A stretch of 64,000 bases of DNA from Octopus sinensis (taxonomy: Eukaryota), in the NCBI RefSeq assembly GCF_006345805.1, contig NC_043004.1, forward strand, positions 46,686,001-46,750,000, given 5' to 3'. A program made the translations under genes and the position numbers. The notes beneath the pieces are model-generated. The model searched no databases. It was given only the letters and a program-made list of their open reading frames with translations, and had not been told where the DNA came from. Positions within the stretch are counted from its first letter, which is position 1. Every line of letters starts with the position of its first letter. Shown one piece after another: positions 55,901 to 64,000 of this stretch.

Positions 55901-56402
55901 TCAAAATTTAAAATGGGCTGCGGAATCTGAAGATGTAAATTTAAGAACTTTTAGTTTTAACACAGTTGGTTCGAAGAAAATTTGAATAGAAAATTACAGT
56001 TATACCTTAAGTTGGAGCACTTTACATTGGATCAAATATAGTAGAATACTATAACCGAGGACAGTACAAAACGTGAGCATTTCTTTCATTATTAGATGTA
56101 TACGGATTCGAATTAGTACATCAAATGTACCGTTTCATTTTTCAACGTATATATTAATATTGATAAAAAAAGATGAAGTAACGGATATTTGTAGAAATGT
56201 AAAGACAATATGGAAACCCCCTACCTGCATTCTTCTATATGAAGTGTAAATTAGATGTTTATTCTTTTCGAACGATACATCGCATTCACTAAAAATCACA
56301 TATATGTAAATAAAAACAGCATGTACTTAACAGTTTTGCTCAGTCGCCGTTCATACATATATACATACATACTACGTACGTACAATACATGCATATATAT
56401 AT

Positions 56403-56590
56403 ATACTAAGTAATTAAGGGTTTAGCAATGATTTGCCTCACCATACACCAAATTTAGAAATAGCAGTCAAAAAGTTATGGCTATTCTTTCTAATTTTAAG
56501 TAGAAAGAATAGCCATAACTTTTTGGCAGCTATTTCTAAATTCGGTGTGTGGTGAGGCAAATCGTTGCTAAACCCTTAATTACTTAGTAT
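56403..56590. repeat. Near-perfect inverted repeat, 90-bp arms with 8-nt loop
   Basis: Arm comparison by eye gives ~5 mismatches. Confidence 0.9.
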
Positions 56591-56673
56591 TACTTAAACC
56601 TTCCTTGAATGGGGCTTTTACATGCCGAAATCTACTTGGTGAAATTAATGATTATTCCAAATTAATTAAATTA

Positions 56674-56720
<47 letters not shown>

Positions 56721-57783
56721 GCACACACATATATAACTTTATATATATACATATATATATATATACATATTTACATACATTTTTATATACTATAATATAA
56801 TATAGTATACGGTTCTTTCTCATTGATTTGTGTATAAAACTAATCAAGTGAAAATGTACACAAATATATTTACCATAACAGTTTCATAGATGAACATTTG
56901 TCTTGTGAAATCATTTTTATACTTTTACTTTCATAAATAGATATATAATATAAATATTTACGCCATACAGTATCAATCTTCTTTTATTCAAAAAATATGT
57001 TTGTGTGTGTAGGCGTAACTCGTAACGTGATTTTTTAAACAATTATTAGTACGACCCATGTTCAAATCTCCGAAAACGCTATCTAAACCACTTAAAGTAG
57101 ATAAAAATTTAAGCGAGAATTTTCTCCAAGTAATGAAAGAAATCAGTAAAGCAAAATTCCATCTTAGCAGTAGAATGTTCATGAATTTACCATACAATAT
57201 ACAACGGAAGAAGAGAAGATATTGAATAAATCTCATATCGCTAGCAATGCAAAAATATTGAGATAGTGCTCCAACGAAAATAAATAAAGAATAGTTGACT
57301 ACATACGGAAATATACCCAAAATAACCCCATCTCTCTGATAAAATGACGAATAAGCTATGTTTGGCTTAAGAATTTTAAGATCAGAAAATTCACATTGTG
57401 GAATATGATGTAAAAAAATTCGAAAGCAGAAACATACGAACCTCTTATAACTTCGACCTCACTGAACTTATAGTTACTTCAACTCAATCCAGTACTAAGT
57501 GAATCTGGAGTAAAATATCTTTCTTTATACGGATATTACTTACACTAAAATTTATTCATTAAAATGGCTTTCATACTAGAAATTTGTAGAATAAGTTTCC
57601 TTTTTGTTAAGCAGATGAGAAATCTTGTGAGAACACACTAATATATCTATAATAAAAATGTAATGGGAAAATCATTTTGTATTTTCATTTGCTTTTAGAC
57701 ACACACACACACACACATACACACACACACACACACGCACACACACACACACATGTACATATACATATAGATAGTTAGATATA

Positions 57784-58007
57784 CAGTAATCCCTCACCAT
57801 ATGGCGCTTCACCTCTCGCAGCTTATTATTTCAGCTTACGTCAATTCCTTCGTGGTATTGTTTTGCATTTATAATAAAATATATATCTATGCAAATTATG
57901 AAAGTAATAAAAAACATATACAGAACAGTGCTGTTTCTACTTCGTGGATTTTCACCTAGCACGGGGTTTTATGGAACGTAACACCCGTGAATGTCGAGAG
58001 ATCACTT
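57784..58007. mobile_element. Tigger/pogo-like MITE
   Basis: TA-CAGTAATCCCTC...GAGAGATCACTT-TA; degenerate TIRs with TA flanks. Confidence 0.6.
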
Positions 58008-58139
58008 TATTTAATTCCTATGTTAAAATATGACTTGTTTTATTCACACAAGCGTATAATATGACTCAGTATGTAGCAAATCTTAAAATTTTAATTATTG
58101 TTCGTAAAAGAAACACACACACATGTATGTATATATTAA

Positions 58140-58350
58140 GCGGGGTCATTCCATTTTTGGTCAAAAAAACTGTCTCACACTCAATGTAGTGTGCACAGGC
58201 GTATTGCCGTGAGGAAACCGCCACTCTCCATTTTGCCACTGGTCGGGGTGTTTTCGTCTCATTGCATCTCCCAAACATTTTGGAATTGGCAAGTACAATT
58301 CGTAGCTTTGGGTAAAAGGAAATACAGGAAGATCAGTTAATTATGATTTT
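58140..58350 (-). mobile_element. Mariner transposase fragment
   Basis: Homologous to 58810-58980. Confidence 0.8.
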
Positions 58351-58509
58351 ATTCAAGCTATTCCCGTCTTGGATTCAAACACTTATTGCAGCGGCAACAG
58401 TCCTTCAGCCTTTATAAGTTCTTTAAAAGAATTCGGAAGGTTGGGCGTCCAACTAATACTTTCGAGATACCATTGAAGCCAGGAACAGTTCAGTATCCCT
58501 ACGTGTCTA

Positions 58510-59780
58510 TACAGGGGTGCCCAAAAGAAACCGGAATTTTGCAATATTATTTAATGCACATAGCTTTATATGTTTACATTTTCATCACCTTTAAAGTCTT
58601 CTCCTTTTCAAGCAATGTGCCGGTCCAGAGGAGTTCCCCACTGTTCGAAGCAGTCCTCGAACTCTTGCGAAGGGATACCTTTTGACATCACCCATTTTTC
58701 TTCACCTCCTCCATATCTGTAAAACCTTTTCTATTAGGGACTCTTTTCTTTCGAGGAAACTAAAACAGTCGCAGGGTGCAAGATCAGGTGAAAAGGAGAG
58801 GGTGACTAAGTGGTGTCATTCCATTTTCGGTCAATAAACCTGTCTCACACTCAAGGTGGTGTGCGCAGGCTCATTGCTGTGAGAAAACCACCACTCTCCC
58901 TTTTGCCACTGGTCGGGGCGTTTTCGTCTCACTGCATCTCGCAAACACTTTGGAATTAGCAAGTAAAATATATGGTTAAGTGTTTGACCGGGCGGAACAA
59001 ATTGTGCGTGGACATTTCCTTTCGGATCGTTGAAAGAAACCAGGATGTACATGACATTTGACTTCACTTCACACGTTTTTGGTGGGTATGGTGACTTTGA
59101 ATGCTTTCATTGACTTCATTGCTGCTACGTCTCCGAGTCGTAGACTTAGCACCAGCTTTCATCACCAGTGATGACCATCAAAAGAAGATCTGGATCAACT
59201 TCCAACTGTTCTTTCAGTTCGCGATATGCATTCCGTCATGAGTGCTTTTAATCTTCCGTGAGCAAACAATGCTCAAATTATGCTGCAACACTTTTCATTC
59301 ACAACTCTCTTCATTCACTCGCTCAATATTCATTGGCAGAAGCTCCATATAACACCAGCCATATCAACAAATTCATCAATATTTCGGCGAGTGTCCTCCA
59401 ACATCAGTTCACGAATTTTCATGATGTTTTCATTCGTTCTGGTGGTCGACAGTCATCCTGAACGAGGTTGGTCTTCAAGCTACAAGGAACCATTTTCAAA
59501 GCGCGAAAACCACTTGTAAACTTGTGTTTTGCTAATGGCGACATCATTGTACGCTGTTTGAAACTTGACAACTCATTCGTTCGCCGGTTTCCGCAGCAGA
59601 AAACAGAATTTCACGGAATCACGCCGTTCCTTCGTTTCATCCATCGAAAAAACCGACGAACAGGGGAGAGGTGCTGCAAAACAAAGGCGTACCAGGTGGC
59701 TGTACGACCCCACACCGAAACTCTGGGCGGCAGACTGATACCTGAAGGTCGCATCAAGTGGCTTTTAGCGGCGAAATCCG
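58510..59780 (-). mobile_element. Near full-length degenerate mariner (DD34D-type) transposon
   Basis: MDETKERRDSVKFCF..., ITGDESW, FVPPGQT..CLRDAVRRKRPDQW, HSNEPAH, SPDLAPCD; several stops. Confidence 0.9.
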
Positions 59781-60600
59781 TTGAATTGGGTTATATTATA
59801 CATATTTATATATTATATATATATATTATATATATTATATATTATATATATATATATATTATGTATATTATATTTATATATATTATATATATTTTTATAT
59901 TATATATTTTTATATTATATATATTTTTATATTATATATATTATATATATTATATTTATATATATATTATATATATATTTTTTCTATATATTATATATAT
60001 AATATAATATAAATATATATGGGCAACAGACACGAAAACACATACACACACGTACGTACACCTATTGCAGAAATGAATGATAAAAATGTTGTTAAATTTG
60101 TAGATTAACACTCGCACGATTTTCACTTAGAAAAAAAATCGGATTTTTTGCGTTGAATCAACTACTCTGGCATCCTAATATGCTACAAAAGCCTTTTTGT
60201 GGTCCGTGAAACGGGGTGGGATGTGGTGAAAGCCTCGAAAATTGTACCCATTTATATTGTGTAATTCACTGACAAATTGTTACTCACTTCTTTGTTTCTT
60301 TGTTGTTAAATACATGGATTCTCAACAAAACAGTTTTTTACTCGGCGTAAAATTAAAACAAAACTTTTTCGCACCAAAGTAATGTGTGTGTGTGAGAGAG
60401 AGAGAGAGAGGGGGAGAAAGATGAACGAATTGAAATAAGTAAATGATTTAAAATAAATACATTGTAATTGTTGTGTGAGAAAGTATATATACTATGATTA
60501 TAAAATATATATACTATGATTATAAAATCATCCTGAATTTGAACACTATGTCTTGTGTTTAAGAAAAGACAAAACATTTTACATTTTATTTTTTATGATC

Positions 60601-60740
60601 GTCTTCACTTACTCTCTCTCTCTCTCACTTTGTCTTTTCCGTGAAAATCTCTGCCTCCTTCTTCCAAGTGGAAGAGGGGCAGAGAGTTTCACGGGAAAGA
60701 CAAAGTGAGAGAGGGAGAGAGAGAGAGAGAGTAAGTGACG
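60601..60740. repeat. Inverted repeat, ~60-65-bp arms with 2-nt centre
   Basis: cacttactct..cactttgtcttttccgtgaaa..cttcca/ag/tggaag..tttcacgggaaagacaaagtg..agagtaagtg. Confidence 0.85.
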
Positions 60741-61206
60741 ACGTTCATAATTTTTTTTTTCATCCATTGCTTTTTGACGGCATCTAAGGAATTATTAGGC
60801 GCTATTAGACTTCGTTCAGGTATTTGGATGCTTCTGAAGTTACTAGCTTGCTTATGCGGAGTGATACTGTTCTATAGGAACTGCAGAATTCAAAATATCT
60901 TTTACATTCGTTCACCACAATAAAACCAATAATGGTATCATTAGTTCACTCTCGTTTATAGATAACACATATTCTTCATATATACAAAAATGCATTGACA
61001 CTGTGATTGAATACGTTTTAGCGTCATTTTTTCAAAATTCCTTGAAATTCAAATATCAATTAAAGAGTAAAATAAAAAAAAAGAGAATTCATAAATTAAA
61101 ACACAATAACTCTATGCATAATAATACGCACACATACATACATATATAAATGTATATGCATATATGTATATATATAAATACATATATATATATACATATA
61201 TATGTA

Positions 61207-61260
<54 letters not shown>

Positions 61261-61771
61261 TACACACGCACACATATGTACATGACCATCTTCCTTTTCT
61301 TGCACGACTTTCTAAAGACTGGACGTTTCCTTTATCTCTTTTCTATCTTTTTCACTTTCTAAGTAAACATTTCTCCCAGTGTTCGCTATTTTCCTCTCGT
61401 TCTGGTCTAACGACTCTCCGTGTTTGTTTTCGTTCGGTTTCCTTGTATGTCTCCTATCTCTTGTTTTTGTTCCCAACTTTGACCCTCCATTATTCCAAAA
61501 TTTTTGTTTGGAATTCAAGGGAGCAACTGTCTTTGAAGACTCATATTGTCGTTGAATGCTCAAAATGAGGAGTAGATAGACAGCCAACAACTGATGAAGG
61601 GTCATTCTCTCTTTACTTATGTAACATGAGAAAAACGTTTCTGTAGTATGAGGTACATTTGATTCCATTATATCGCACCCTGGACACTAGGGAGTTGTGC
61701 AGAAGTAAGCCGAAACGATCGGTGCGCTCAATGAAGTTTCCATTAGTCTCTATCTTGAGTATCAATTATTT

Positions 61772-61818
<47 letters not shown>

Positions 61819-62882
61819 GCGTGTGCATTTTTGCGCACGTGGATGCATTTGTGTTTATGGCTGTGTACATGTGTGTATGTGTGTGTTTTTGTGTTTGTGC
61901 GTTTATACACGTAAGAGATTGTATTTTAACATATTAGTAAATGCTGAAATCGCATCATTTGAGCCTTAATCCCACACATTTCGTTTTAAGAGGAAATCAT
62001 TATGTATATATTCATATACAAATACACACACACACACACATATGTACATATATGTATGTATAATATAACATGACAAACATTTTACTACATAATTAGCATA
62101 TAGTAAATTATGCATATGTTATGCACATATGTATGAAAAAATACACTGCCAACTCCATATTTACAAACATCAAACGAATGTGGTATGAATTATATATTCA
62201 TATCTACGAATGTAATATATGATAATTACGACAAATATTATCGTTGTATATGATTGTTTCAAAGTTTATGTGCAACAAGACTGGGAAAGCAGAACGAATT
62301 GAGATGAAATTTTCCTCTGATGTTAACAATCTTAGAATTATATATTCATTACAAAGTAATATTATGGAAGTTATTATTTGCATTGATTTTAAACCACAAA
62401 TGGAATGAAAGATATGAATAAGAGGTATGTTGTTTTCGTTTGTTGTGGTCGTCATTTAGCTCCTCGTCATATGTCATGGACCATACCTATTAAAAATAAC
62501 TCACTCGCTCAAAAGACCCGGTTTTATCTTCAGAAATAGAGTATCTAAGAATGCCTTCTGTGTATCCTTTCCTAAAATCGGTCGTTAATAGAGAAATATT
62601 TGCTGTTCCTAGCAGATACTACGAGACTATTGTTTTTCAATCAATTAAATATTGACATATATACTCATGTAAACAATGGTGAAACAATTTAGCGTCAGCT
62701 TTAATCTATGGAAGAAACCTGGGCTTTACCATGACGAAGCTACTTCGGATCGACGGATTCGATCTTCCAGGAAAATCTAGAAAACGTTTATACATTATGT
62801 ATTATAATGTGATATATTTTGTTATTTTAATGGGTTTCTTTGATGTTTGTCGTTTAAATTATTGTTTCATATCGAAATAATA

Positions 62883-63050
62883 GGAGTGGCTCTGAGGTAA
62901 GTAGCTTGCTTACTAACCACATGGTTCCGGGTTCTGCCCCAATGCGTGACACCTTTGGCAAGTGTTTTCTACTATAGCCTCGGGTCGACCAAAGCCTTGT
63001 AGGTGGACTTGGTAGACGGAAACTAAAAGAAGCCCGCCGTATATATGTGT

Positions 63051-63082
<32 letters not shown>

Positions 63083-63286
63083 ATATCTCTCTTTGTCCCC
63101 CTAACATCGCTTGACAACCGATGCTGGTGTGTTAGCGTCCCCGTAACTTAGCGGTTCGGCAAAAGAGACCGATAGAATAAGTACTTGGCTTACAAAGAAT
63201 AAATCCTGGGGTTGATTTGCTCGAGTAAAGGCGGTGCTCCAGCACGGCCGCAGCCAAATGACTGAAACAAGTAAAAGAGTAAAGAG
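62883..63286 (+). mobile_element. Full-length tRNA-derived SINE with internal TA/TG microsatellite
   Basis: Head, body, microsatellite and tail ending GTAAAAGAGTAAAGAG; serves as reference copy for the family. Confidence 0.9.
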
Positions 63287-64000
63287 TTACTAACTGGCTA
63301 TGCTTTTATAGCTTAAATCTTATCCTTCTAGTGTTTTGATAATACCAACACACCTTCAGCGTTACGTTTTGAAATAGCGAATCCTTATTGTGCGTTTGTT
63401 TCTTCCTATCATTTTAAACGTAAGCATTCGCTAAGATAATGTTTAGTTTTACTCAGTAGGATTGTAATCTTATGTTATAGACATTTTTGGCACACAACAC
63501 TTGCTGGTAAGTTTATTTGTTTAATCCGTATTATGTATAACACATATTGCAGGCGTATAATAATGAATCTCAGATAAACGAGTGTTTATATGTAACAGTC
63601 GAAAGCTCTGTAATATGGAAGCAAAATGAGGATAAGTGAGAAAGAACATTGATGATCATTCCAGTTGTTAAAAACCTTGCTGGGATGACCAGGTCGCACA
63701 TACAGCAGTGAAGGTGTCTCACAACAAGCAATTAATCTAAATGATTTATGGCTTGATTATAGAGGCTGGAATATACTCTAAATAAATCCGAAGATTTTTC
63801 TGTGATTGTCATTGATAAGGGCCATTAAATACTCTAAAATTTCGTGGTATAGCGACTCTGTGGAGATAAAGATCCACAGTGAGGATTCGGGTTGTTACTT
63901 ACTCTAAAGATAATAAATAGCGGAAATGTTGACTTTACGATGCAATGTTTAACGTTTAGCTGCATTTGTGGACACGGGTGGAGTATAACTGTCAACTTTC

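Noticed and set aside
60482-60530. 21-bp direct repeat (similar short repeats at ~11513/11567 and ~30617/30655)
   Set aside because: Ordinary slippage-scale duplications

Overview
Eukaryotic, very AT-rich, repeat-saturated DNA with no recognisable intact host gene and no prokaryotic features. The microsatellite load and tRNA-derived SINE families point to an octopod cephalopod genome (inference from repeat types, not a database hit). Contents: several SINE families; decayed RLE-type (R4/Dong-like), RTE and CR1 LINE pieces; a Gypsy integrase fragment; degenerate mariner and hATm-like transposases; several MITEs; and many simple repeats. Most ORF-track entries are microsatellite translations. 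Structures worth follow-up: a GG-terminal, 8-bp-TSD MITE family carrying TTAGGG repeats plus a related ~720-bp palindrome with a telomere-like core; a near-identical 1.27-kb tandem duplication bounded by (TA)n; a hATm-like transposase interrupted by a copy of its own 5' end; a young CR1 nested in a SINE; two long hairpins; a direct-plus-inverted ~400-bp repeat; and weak minus-strand exon candidates. I found no convincing evidence of a wholly new biological system.
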